Shown here piece by piece: positions 9,605-17,631 of a DNA stretch of 17,631 nucleotides. The notes under the pieces were generated by a model that saw only the letters and a program-made list of their open reading frames with translations, ran no database searches and was not told where the DNA came from. The translations under genes and the position numbers were made by a program. Position 1 is the stretch's first letter. Every line of letters starts with the position of its first letter. The stretch lies in contig JBKHBH010000038.1 of NCBI GenBank assembly GCA_046542505.1, positions 1-17,631 of the forward strand. Reading direction: 5' to 3'. Origin of the DNA: Thermovirgaceae bacterium. GTDB taxonomy: Bacteria; Synergistota; Synergistia; Synergistales; Thermovirgaceae.

Positions 9605-9674
9605 AGCCCCCCGCAAAAGTCTCGTTCCGCCCAGTTCTCTTTATTGCTTCCACACTTTATCCGCAAAAAGAAAA

Positions 9675-9726
9675 GGACTATAAGCCTATGAAAAGTAGAA
9701 ATAAATAGGCTTAAAGTCCCTTATTT
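9675..9726 (+). terminator. AT-rich inverted repeat between rnpB and mraZ, either a weak rnpB terminator or an operator
   Basis: GGACT-A-TAAGCCTAT (9675-9689) / ATAGGCTTA-A-AGTCC (9705-9719) with a 15-nt loop, followed only by CTTATTT. Confidence 0.45.
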
Positions 9727-9739
9727 GACGATTAAATGG

Positions 9740-9780
9740 TGATAGAGTGGAACAAAGTGGCAGAAGAGGGCATAAAATGG
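9740..9780 (+). promoter_or_regulatory. MraZ autoregulatory binding repeats and a candidate extended -10 of the dcw promoter
   Basis: Boxes at exact 10-bp period: AGTGG (9746), AGTGG (9756), GAGGG (9766) and AATGG (9776), just before the mraZ SD. Candidate TG-A-TAGAGT at 9740-9748 overlaps the first box. Confidence 0.7.
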
Positions 9781-9792
9781 GAGGAAAATCCC

Positions 9793-10218
9793 ATGTTGGT
9801 GGGAACCTACGAACACAAGATGGACACAAAGGGACGAATCGTTTTGCCTTCCCGGTTTCGCGAAGAACTGGGCGAAACCGCCATTGCGACAATCGGGATA
9901 GATCGCTGCGTTGCCATCTATTCTGCAGAAGACTGGGGAAACATCCTGGAAAAACTGCAGAAACTGCCTTTTTCGAAGGGGAAAACCCGTGATTTCACGA
10001 GGTTGCTTCTTGCAATGGCCCACGAGATCCAGTTTGATTCATCGGGCCGTGCGCTTATTCCGCCACACCTGAGGAATCACGGGGAGCTTTCCCAGGAAAT
10101 AAGCGTTGTCGGCGTCGGAGATCACGTGGAGCTCTGGAACAAGGAAACATGGAATTCCTACGTGAAAGATGTCCAGCGCGACCTTCCAGAGATAGCAGAG
10201 GAGGTCGAGGGATTGTGA
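9793..10218 (+). CDS. mraZ: Division/cell wall cluster transcriptional repressor MraZ
   Basis: GTYEHKMDTKGRIVLPSRFR and second-repeat DSSGRALIP...VGVGDHVELW (two DxxGR repeats). ATG at 9793 follows SD GGGAGG. Confidence 0.97.
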   Translation: MLVGTYEHKMDTKGRIVLPSRFREELGETAIATIGIDRCVAIYSAEDWGNILEKLQKLPFSKGKTRDFTRLLLAMAHEIQFDSSGRALIPPHLRNHGELSQEISVVGVGDHVELWNKETWNSYVKDVQRDLPEIAEEVEGL

Positions 10219-11141
10219 TCGAGCACATTCCCGTTCTGGTCAATGAAGTCTGTGATATTTTGTCCCATTCGTCCCACCTCGAGAGAGTCGTGGACGCAAC
10301 CCTCGGCCTTGGTGGATATGCAGAAGCATTCCTTACACGATGGGAAAACCTTCGTATTCTGGGAATCGACAGGGATAAACAGGCCCTTGAGGAAGCCCGA
10401 AAAAGGCTTTCGGCCTTTGAATCTCGAATCCTGTTTCGACAAGGGAATTTCAGATACCTCGATCAAATCCTTGAACAGGAGGGCTGGCAAGGCCCTGACG
10501 CCGTCGTTTTCGATCTCGGGGTTTCGAATCTGCAGCTGTCAATCCCGGAAAGAGGGTTTTCATTTGATATCGATGGACCGTTAGACATGCGGATGGGAAA
10601 CGGCACAAACGGTTTCCCATCTTCCGCGACTGCGGAAGAACTGATAAACACCTGGCCGGTTGAAGACCTTGCCAGGATATTCAAAACCTACGGCGAGGAG
10701 AGATTCTCACTGAAAATCGCCCGAGGTATCGTAAAGCACCGAAAGAAAAACGGCCCTATCACCGGCACCCAGGAACTGGTCAGTGTCATACGCCGGACTA
10801 TTCCGGCACCGGTACAGCGGAAGATGGGAAGGAATCCGGCACGAAAAGTGTTCCAGGCATTGCGGATTGCCGTCAATGATGAGCTCCAGGCTCTCGAAGA
10901 AGCGATAGCAAGCTGCCGAAAAACGGCAACACCAGGAATGGTTACTGCCTTTGTCAGTTACCATTCTCTCGAGGATCGCATTGTGAAGCACAGTCTTCGA
11001 GACTGGTACGCCGCAGGTTTGGGCAGCTTCATTCATCGGGGCGGCATCAAGCCTTCGGAAGAAGAAATCGCTGTAAACAAAAAAGCCCGCAGCGCCCGAC
11101 TTCGGGCTTTCCTATTTACAACACCGCAAAATGCGAGGTGA
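10215..11141 (+). CDS. rsmH: 16S rRNA m4C1402 methyltransferase RsmH (MraW)
   Basis: HIPVL, VDATLGLGGY, DLGVS..QL...ERGFSF..DGPLDMRM, FQALRIAVNDEL, SYHSLEDRIVK and ARSARLR. GTG at 10215 overlaps the mraZ stop. Confidence 0.97.
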   Translation: MIEHIPVLVNEVCDILSHSSHLERVVDATLGLGGYAEAFLTRWENLRILGIDRDKQALEEARKRLSAFESRILFRQGNFRYLDQILEQEGWQGPDAVVFDLGVSNLQLSIPERGFSFDIDGPLDMRMGNGTNGFPSSATAEELINTWPVEDLARIFKTYGEERFSLKIARGIVKHRKKNGPITGTQELVSVIRRTIPAPVQRKMGRNPARKVFQALRIAVNDELQALEEAIASCRKTATPGMVTAFVSYHSLEDRIVKHSLRDWYAAGLGSFIHRGGIKPSEEEIAVNKKARSARLRAFLFTTPQNAR

Positions 11142-11146
11142 GAGGT

Positions 11147-11590
11147 ATGTCGGCAGAATTGACCATTCAAACTGTCCAGCATCACAGGCAGGAAAAATCG
11201 AAAAGGAGCGTCTCCATTTGCCTTGGCGCCTGTGTCATACTGACATTGCTGCTGACTGGTCTCGTGGGATTGAGACTTTATTCCCTTTCACTCGAATACC
11301 GGTTGGCCAGCCTGCGACAGGAAATGTTCTCGCAGGAGGATACTCAGGACAGGCTTGAAAAGGAATTGGCGCACCTCGTGAGCCCATCGCGTGTTTTCGC
11401 AAAGGCGACAAAGGATCTTGGCATGGCAGGCAATCCCAGGATAGCCGTAGTCCGTGTCAGGACGGGCAGAGGATCAATGCTTGCCAGGGCACAGGACGAC
11501 AAGGCCGAAAACCTGCCTGCAGACGGGGGAGAATCCACGCTCGAGGGTATCATGAACCTTTTGACCCGAAAAGCCTCAGCGCGGCAATAA
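11147..11590 (+). CDS. ftsL: Cell division protein FtsL-like (bitopic, coiled coil)
   Basis: Sits between rsmH and the PBP gene. Short basic N-terminus, one TM helix, a leucine heptad coiled coil and LVSPSRV..KA..DLGM. ATG at 11147 follows GAGGTG (alternative GTG at 11138). Confidence 0.75.
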   Translation: MSAELTIQTVQHHRQEKSKRSVSICLGACVILTLLLTGLVGLRLYSLSLEYRLASLRQEMFSQEDTQDRLEKELAHLVSPSRVFAKATKDLGMAGNPRIAVVRVRTGRGSMLARAQDDKAENLPADGGESTLEGIMNLLTRKASARQ

Positions 11591-11625
11591 ACTCAATACT
11601 CCCCAGAGAGGACTTGCGATGTGTC

Positions 11626-13272
11626 ATGCGACGATTCCCGGGACTTTACTGGATACTTCTTCTTCTCTGCTTCCTCGCCTTTTTTTACCGTTTGTACAAT
11701 CTGCATTTTCACCCTGACCCGAGGACCGTCTCACAGGCAAAAACACAGTATTGGGCACGGATTACTCTCAGTACGACCAGGGGAGTAATTGAGGATGCAA
11801 ACGGGATACCTCTCGCCCTTTCTTCGCCTGCGACAAGCTTTTTCATTGACCCGACCATCTGGGATCCGTCAAATGCCGAGGCGCTGATGCCTTACGTATC
11901 AAAACATACTTATGAAAAGCTCCGAAAGAACTTGCCAGGAAGATATTTTTCCGTGGCCCGCAAGGTTGACACAAAAAAGGCCGAAGACATCCTGCGTCTT
12001 GATATTCCGGGGCTGTTTCACGTCAGGGAGACACGCCGGACCTATCCACAGGGGCGGACCCTATCTCATGTTCTCGGATTCTGTGATATCGATGACAACG
12101 GGCTTGCGGGGCTTGAACTTTTCTGGGATCACCTGCTTTACTCCCCTCCTCAGAGCAAGGTGTTCACCAAAGACGCCAGCGGAGAAATCGTCGATGTTTC
12201 ACCCGGTGAAGGCCTTGACGGGACAACGCAAACCGGAATGCTCAGGCTGACAATCGATTCCCGGTTCCAGCACATCATCGAAAAGTACATGGCCAAAGCT
12301 GTAGCTGACCACAAGGCGGAATGGGGGGCCGCAGTCATGGTTTCCCCGGAAAGCGGGGAAATAGAGGCAATGTGCAGCATGCCCGATTTCAACCCGAACA
12401 AAAGAGAAACCCTTGCTTTAAAAGACGTGCTTTTGAACAATGCCATCGGGAGGGTTTATGAACCCGGGTCGACATTAAAACCGGTCATTGCGGGAATAGC
12501 CCTGTCAAATGCAATCGCCAGTCCCCGCGAACATTTTGAGTGCCGTGGAAAAATCAGGATAGCCGATGTGGTCATCCACGACATCAGAGCTCACGGCAAA
12601 CTTGTGTTTCCGGAACTTCTTATTAAATCCTGTAACGTCGGTATGGCACTCATAGGCGACAGGATGGATCCGCACACGACCTACGGTTGTCTGAAGCAGT
12701 GGGGATTCGGTTCTAAAACGGGGATCGGTCTGCCAGGAGAAGAAAGCGGCCTTTTGAACACGCCGGACCGTTGGAGAGGGTCTGTCCCTGCAAATATCGC
12801 CATTGGGCAGGGCCTTGGAGTTACACCACTGCAGATGGCCATGGCTTTGGCTGCCGTGGTAAACGGGGGCCACCTTCTAAAACCCTACATCGTAAGGGAA
12901 GCTTTGTCACCCGAGGGGGAACCTGTCTACCAAGGGAAACCTGAAACGCTTTTTAACGTGCTGTCACCTGAAACCTCTGCTTATCTTAAGGAAATACTCG
13001 AAGAAGTTGTCACCGAAGGCACGGGACGGACGGTATTCATGGGCACACCCCGGATAGGGGGCAAGACGGGTACGGCGCAGGTTGCAAAGGGCGGAGTTTA
13101 CCTTGAAAAAACATACGTTTCTTCTTTCGTGGGTTTCTGGCCTGTCGAGCGGCCCAGACACCTCATCTTCGTGGCAATTGGCCACCCCAGGGGCGATGAA
13201 TATCTGGGGGGGAGGGTAGCCGCACCAGTATTTAGGAAGATCCTCGAAGATGTGTTAAAAATAACCTCGTAA
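11626..13272 (+). CDS. ftsI: Class B penicillin-binding protein, septal transpeptidase FtsI/PBP3-like
   Basis: N-terminal TM, RGVIED.NG and R.YP.G dimerisation-domain motifs, and catalytic motifs EPGSTLK (SxxK), KSCN (SxN) and GKTGTAQ (KTG). No PASTA domains. The start could also be TTG at 11614. Confidence 0.93.
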   Translation: MRRFPGLYWILLLLCFLAFFYRLYNLHFHPDPRTVSQAKTQYWARITLSTTRGVIEDANGIPLALSSPATSFFIDPTIWDPSNAEALMPYVSKHTYEKLRKNLPGRYFSVARKVDTKKAEDILRLDIPGLFHVRETRRTYPQGRTLSHVLGFCDIDDNGLAGLELFWDHLLYSPPQSKVFTKDASGEIVDVSPGEGLDGTTQTGMLRLTIDSRFQHIIEKYMAKAVADHKAEWGAAVMVSPESGEIEAMCSMPDFNPNKRETLALKDVLLNNAIGRVYEPGSTLKPVIAGIALSNAIASPREHFECRGKIRIADVVIHDIRAHGKLVFPELLIKSCNVGMALIGDRMDPHTTYGCLKQWGFGSKTGIGLPGEESGLLNTPDRWRGSVPANIAIGQGLGVTPLQMAMALAAVVNGGHLLKPYIVREALSPEGEPVYQGKPETLFNVLSPETSAYLKEILEEVVTEGTGRTVFMGTPRIGGKTGTAQVAKGGVYLEKTYVSSFVGFWPVERPRHLIFVAIGHPRGDEYLGGRVAAPVFRKILEDVLKITS

Positions 13273-13361
13273 GAAAAACGGACCTGTTCGGATCCCGTCA
13301 GCTGAATTCCGCGGCGGGCATGAAGAATGGCCCGATCGATGACATGGAGGACACCGTCGAT

Positions 13362-14909
13362 ATGAAGCTGGCTCAGGTCATTGCCCGACTCGAGAAAGAC
13401 CATGATAAAGTGGGGCTTGTTCCTCCGGCTGAAGTCAAGACGGAGGAATGCCTGGAAATAGATGTTCATGACCTCACTCATGATACCCGGAAAATTGCGG
13501 GACAAAGTCTTTTTGCCTGCGTGCCGGGAACCCGTTTCGACGGACATGACTTCGCCGGGGAGGCCATTAAAAACGGCGCCGTTGCCCTTTTGTGTGAAAG
13601 GAAACTCCCGGATATGGGAGTCCCCCAAATTCTTGTGCAAAACGTCAGGCTTGTCCTCGGGCGGCTATCTGCAGCAATACACAAGGACCCTTCTGATTCC
13701 ATGATGATGGTTGCAGTCACCGGAACCAACGGAAAGACGACGACGGCCCATATGATCCATGGCATACTCGAGAAAGGCGGATACAAGACAGGTATGATCG
13801 GCACCATCGTCTACGATGAAGGCGACGGACCCCGCGAAGCAGACAGGACAACACCGGAAGCAACGGACATCCAGAGGATGCTTTCGGCTATGCTCCGAAA
13901 CAACTGCCGTGCCTGCGTCATGGAGGCCTCTTCACATGGTCTCGCTCTGGGGCGCTTGTCGGGATGCAGGTTCGATGCAGCGATATTCACCAACCTTACC
14001 GAAGAACACCTGGATTTTCATGGAAACATGGATCGATATCTTTCGGCGAAATCACTGCTTTTTTCTCATCATGCAAAGGGCGCCGGAACCTTCGCCGTGA
14101 TCAACGCCGATGATTCTTACGGAAAACGTATTGCCCAAACCGCGACGGGCAAAAAAGTGTTTTACGGACTCAAAAGGTCTCGTCCCGAAAACGGCATGTA
14201 TGTCAAAGGATCCGTAGCATCCATGGATCTTTCAGGATCGTCGATGTCGGTCAGTTTTTGTGAAAGCGAGAAAAAAACAAAAGAAACCGCATTCAACCTG
14301 ACGATTCCATTGATCGGCCGCTATAACCTTTATAACGCCCTTGCGTCAACGGCTTTCGCTCTTGCTTCTGGAATCACTCCCGAAACGGTAAACAAAGGCC
14401 TTTCTTCGCTGAAAACCGTTCCAGGGCGGCTTGAAAGATGGAAATTCGTCGGGGGACCCTCCGCCATTGTCGATTATGCCCATACTCCCGATGCGCTGCT
14501 GAATGCCCTGAATGCCGTCCGGGAAATCTGCAGGGGCCGTGTATGGCTTGTTTTCGGCCTCGGCGGGGAACGCTATCAGGCAAACCGTCCTGTTATGGGG
14601 GAAATCGCTGCTCAAGGCGCAGATGAACTGATTATCACCATGGATAATCCCAGGAGTGAAGATCCACTTGAAATCGCCGAAGCCATCAAATCAGGAGCAA
14701 TCAGGGGTGGTTGCAGTTCACCAAGGATTGTGATCGACCGCAAGGAAGCAGTTTTTTACGCCCTGGACAGGGCCGACACCGACGACGTAGTTGTTGTAAC
14801 GGGAAAGGGACCTGAACAGTATATCATCATTGACGAACGGCGCATTCCTTACAATGATGCGGAAGCTATAAAAGAATGGGCTCGTGTAAGGGGGAGGCAC
14901 CAGTGTTGA
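13362..14909 (+). CDS. murE: UDP-N-acetylmuramoyl-L-alanyl-D-glutamate--2,6-diaminopimelate ligase MurE
   Basis: VTGTNGKTTT, TTPEA, MEASSHGL, FTNLTEEHLDFH, VDYAHTPDAL, DNPRSEDP and GKG.E. ATG at 13362 follows SD GGAGGA. Confidence 0.97.
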   Translation: MKLAQVIARLEKDHDKVGLVPPAEVKTEECLEIDVHDLTHDTRKIAGQSLFACVPGTRFDGHDFAGEAIKNGAVALLCERKLPDMGVPQILVQNVRLVLGRLSAAIHKDPSDSMMMVAVTGTNGKTTTAHMIHGILEKGGYKTGMIGTIVYDEGDGPREADRTTPEATDIQRMLSAMLRNNCRACVMEASSHGLALGRLSGCRFDAAIFTNLTEEHLDFHGNMDRYLSAKSLLFSHHAKGAGTFAVINADDSYGKRIAQTATGKKVFYGLKRSRPENGMYVKGSVASMDLSGSSMSVSFCESEKKTKETAFNLTIPLIGRYNLYNALASTAFALASGITPETVNKGLSSLKTVPGRLERWKFVGGPSAIVDYAHTPDALLNALNAVREICRGRVWLVFGLGGERYQANRPVMGEIAAQGADELIITMDNPRSEDPLEIAEAIKSGAIRGGCSSPRIVIDRKEAVFYALDRADTDDVVVVTGKGPEQYIIIDERRIPYNDAEAIKEWARVRGRHQC

Positions 14910-16312
14910 ATTCCAGTTTCATGACCCTTGCCGAGGCGGCGGCAATCACCAACGGCAGGCTTTTGGGAATGAACAGGCCTGTCGGCCCGGCACTCAGGAC
15001 AGACAGCCGAAAGATCGAACCGGGAGACGGTTTCATCGCATTGCCCGGTGCAAATTCCGACGGACATGCCTTTATAGATGACGCCATCACCAGGGGTAGT
15101 TCATATATCATTATGGAAGGCAACAAAGTCCAAGATGCTGATTTCCGTCCCCCGGAAGCCGTTTCTTTCCTCCTCGTAGACGACACATCCGCCGCCCTCA
15201 GGAACCTGGCATCTCACCTGTTCCGGCGGGAATCATCACCTCGGGAAGTCATCGCTGTGACCGGAACCGCAGGAAAAACCACAACCAGGGAGTGCATTGC
15301 CTCTGTTTTGAGGCGCCGCTACCGGGTTCATGCGGCACGAGAAAGTTACAACACCTGGATAGGTTGCGCCCTGACAATCCTTGAAATGCCCCTTGAAACA
15401 GAAATCCTGCTTCTCGAAATGGGAACCAATCATCCTGGCGAGATTTCAGAGATGACTGCCAGTTATCCTCCGACGATGGCCGTGATTACCGCCGTCGGCC
15501 CTGGTCATCTGGAAGGACTTTCCGATGTCGAAGGAGTTCTCGAGGAAAAGATGGCGATCACCGAATCACCGGGACTGAAGCGTCTTTATTACAACGGGGA
15601 TCTTGAAATTCTCCAAACACGCCTCGGTGAGGCAGAAAAACCATTTGAGTGTGTCTCCGTCGGCTTCCACAAAGGAGCATACATTCTGAAGGATCTTGGA
15701 TTCTCCCTCGGAAAAGACACCGCCGGAACGAACATCCTGATTTCAGGTAAAGGAAAATCACGTCGCTTTTCTTCCCCGCTTTTCGGACCACAGCATGCCT
15801 ATGCTATCGCCTTTGCCGTTGCAATCGGAGATATTCTCGGCATAGAAGACGACCAGATAAAAAATTCCCTTGAGACAGTCAGACCTCTCGCCGGAAGAGG
15901 TGTCGTGAATAAATCCTCAATGGGAATCTGGTGTATCGATGAAACCTATAACGCGAACCCTCTATCGATGAAGCAGGCTCTTACAAACCTTTCCGCACTG
16001 CCTCTTGCCGGCCGAAAATATGCTGTGCTCGGAGGCATGAAAGAACTGGGACAGCATGCTCGTTACTGGCATCGCGAGATTCTCCAAACCGCGAAGGATC
16101 TCGATCTTGATAAGGTTTTACTTGTCGGCGAAGAGTGGGGCGAAGCACTTCGAGACACAACCGGTTCCGGAAGCTTCCGGCGTTTTCACAGTCTTTCTGA
16201 AGTATCGGCAACCCTTGATGAAAAACTCTCGTCCGGTGACACGGTGCTGCTGAAGGGCTCTCGCGTCTACGGACTTGAAAAGGTTCTGATGGAAGCCAGG
16301 TGCCTCCAATGA
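14903..16312 (+). CDS. murF: UDP-N-acetylmuramoyl-tripeptide--D-alanyl-D-alanine ligase MurF
   Basis: TDSRKI, VTGTAGKTTT, EMGTNHPGEI, IDETYNANP.SM, LGGMKELG and LLKGSR. Start is GTG 14903 or TTG 14906 after GGGGAGG. Confidence 0.96.
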   Translation: MLNSSFMTLAEAAAITNGRLLGMNRPVGPALRTDSRKIEPGDGFIALPGANSDGHAFIDDAITRGSSYIIMEGNKVQDADFRPPEAVSFLLVDDTSAALRNLASHLFRRESSPREVIAVTGTAGKTTTRECIASVLRRRYRVHAARESYNTWIGCALTILEMPLETEILLLEMGTNHPGEISEMTASYPPTMAVITAVGPGHLEGLSDVEGVLEEKMAITESPGLKRLYYNGDLEILQTRLGEAEKPFECVSVGFHKGAYILKDLGFSLGKDTAGTNILISGKGKSRRFSSPLFGPQHAYAIAFAVAIGDILGIEDDQIKNSLETVRPLAGRGVVNKSSMGIWCIDETYNANPLSMKQALTNLSALPLAGRKYAVLGGMKELGQHARYWHREILQTAKDLDLDKVLLVGEEWGEALRDTTGSGSFRRFHSLSEVSATLDEKLSSGDTVLLKGSRVYGLEKVLMEARCLQ

Positions 16313-17298
16313 TCAATCTCGACCAGTGGTTGTTCGTCTTTCCGGGTCTCGCCGTTTTTACGGCAAGCATAGCCCTGCAGGGTTTGTGGATCAGGTATTG
16401 CAGGTCGAAAGACATGTCCCAGACCCTGAAACTTTACGGCCCGACACGCCATATATCAAAAAAAGGCGGAACTCCCTCCATGGGGGGGGTAGTCTTTTTG
16501 GCCGTGACACTATTTCTTGCCGCAATATGGATTATAACGGGCAAATACAGTACCGACAGCCTTTTGCTTGTCTGGGGGTTCCCCATGACCGCCGCCGCTA
16601 TCGGTCTGTTGGACGATTCCCTGAAGCATGGCAGACGTTCCAGTGAAGGACTTTCAAGCCTCCAGAAACTTGGGCTGCAGGTATTGCTTTCGCTCCCCTG
16701 GGTTGCCGCCTTCTCCAGGATTTTCGGCCTGAATCTCTGGCCCGGCTGGAACATCGACGGTCCTGTCGCTCTGGTTCTTCTCCTGTTTCTTTTCGTCGGG
16801 GGGACAAACGCTGTGAACATCACTGACGGTCTAGACGGACTCGCAGCGGGAAGCTGTGCGCTTTCTTTTGCAGGAATGCTTTTTTTGCTCCGTCCTGTCG
16901 GGGCCTCAGGGGCGGCATGCATCACCGGCCTCGCCCTGGTCGCTGGTTTTCTCTGGCATAACGCCCATCCGGCACGTGTTTTCATGGGAGATGTAGGATC
17001 CCATTTTCTTGGAGGACTCCTTGTAACCATCTGTGTTCTTTCCGAACATGCGCTGTTGATTATTGCCTTCGGTTTCATAATGGGCATCGAAGCCTTTTCG
17101 GTTCTTATCCAGATATTTGCTATTCGATGTCTCGGGAAAAAAATTTTCAAGATGAGCCCTGTCCATCACCATTTCGAACTGGCAGGATGGAGCGAGACGC
17201 AGATTGTAACACGTTTCTGGCTCATTCATGCCGTCGGCATGGCTACCGTTGCAGGTTTTCTGTACCAGATTTTCAAAACATTCTCTCGAGGTGCCTGA
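16309..17298 (+). CDS. mraY: Phospho-N-acetylmuramoyl-pentapeptide transferase MraY
   Basis: Polytopic membrane protein with KKGGTPSMGG, GLLDD, NAVNITDGLDGL, PARVFMGDVGS and FKMSPVHHHFE. ATGA overlap with the murF stop. Confidence 0.97.
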   Translation: MINLDQWLFVFPGLAVFTASIALQGLWIRYCRSKDMSQTLKLYGPTRHISKKGGTPSMGGVVFLAVTLFLAAIWIITGKYSTDSLLLVWGFPMTAAAIGLLDDSLKHGRRSSEGLSSLQKLGLQVLLSLPWVAAFSRIFGLNLWPGWNIDGPVALVLLLFLFVGGTNAVNITDGLDGLAAGSCALSFAGMLFLLRPVGASGAACITGLALVAGFLWHNAHPARVFMGDVGSHFLGGLLVTICVLSEHALLIIAFGFIMGIEAFSVLIQIFAIRCLGKKIFKMSPVHHHFELAGWSETQIVTRFWLIHAVGMATVAGFLYQIFKTFSRGA

Positions 17299-17301
17299 GA
17301 C

Positions 17302-17631
17302 ATGTCTTTTGACGCGAATTTCCCGTCTGATAGGAAAATAACTATTGTCGGCGCAGGCGTCAGCGGAAATGCTCTCGCCTCTCTAGCCACCGCTTTGGGG
17401 GCAAAGGTCTTTGTCACGGACAAAAGTTCTATCAATGAAACTTCCCGCCGCTTTTTCAAAAGGCAAGACATTGCTTTCGAGGAAGAACGTCACACGCATC
17501 GCGCACTGGAATGCGACGCTCTTGTCCTCAGTTCAGGAGTCCCTCCTTCTGCAAAACCGGTCGTCGAGGCCAGAAGAAGGGGGATCCCCGTCATAGGAGA
17601 ACTCGATTTCGTGGGAGATCATTTGAAGGGC
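17302..17631 (+). CDS. murD: UDP-N-acetylmuramoyl-L-alanine--D-glutamate ligase MurD, N-terminal part (truncated by the window end)
   Basis: Not in the ORF track because it has no stop in the window. Manual translation from ATG 17302 (SD GAGGTG) gives MSFDANFPSDRKITIVGAGVSGNALA...VTD...LVLSSGVP...GIPVIGELDF, the typical MurD N-terminal domain following mraY. Confidence 0.93.
   Translation, partial: MSFDANFPSDRKITIVGAGVSGNALASLATALGAKVFVTDKSSINETSRRFFKRQDIAFEEERHTHRALECDALVLSSGVPPSAKPVVEARRRGIPVIGELDFVGDHLKG

Noticed and set aside
9099..9683. ORFs 9099-9419, 9136-9570, 9429-9653 and 9495-9683 in the apparent gap
   Set aside because: All overlap the RNase P RNA, which fully explains the region.
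9725..9730. TTGACG as the -35 box of the mraZ promoter
   Set aside because: No acceptable -10 lies 16-18 nt downstream. TAGAGT is only 12 nt away.
16434..17150. 238-aa antisense ORF within mraY
   Set aside because: Shadow of a hydrophobic membrane-protein gene, with no independent coding signal.

Overview
Core-genome window of an anaerobe-like bacterium (Synergistota-like gene content, low-confidence inference), with every gene on the + strand. It has three blocks. (1) A complete nine-gene V/A-type ATP synthase operon, H-I-K-E-C-F-A-B-D (202-9011), whose rotor subunit carries the Na+-binding signature. It is driven by a near-consensus sigma70 promoter and closed by a strong bidirectional terminator. 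(2) A type A RNase P RNA (rnpB, ~9170-9604) with an unusually long P12. (3) The start of the dcw cluster: mraZ-rsmH-ftsL-ftsI-murE-murF-mraY-murD (murD partial). I see no mobile elements, CRISPR arrays or orphan genes. The most interesting signals are non-coding. A Rex-like operator overlaps the ATPase -35 box, and the ATPase leader holds a compact structured element resembling the Na+-sensing DUF1646/Na+-I riboswitch, which together suggest dual redox and sodium control. There is also a terminator-like hairpin on the subunit I stop codon, the P12 expansion in rnpB, and 10-bp-phased MraZ boxes.
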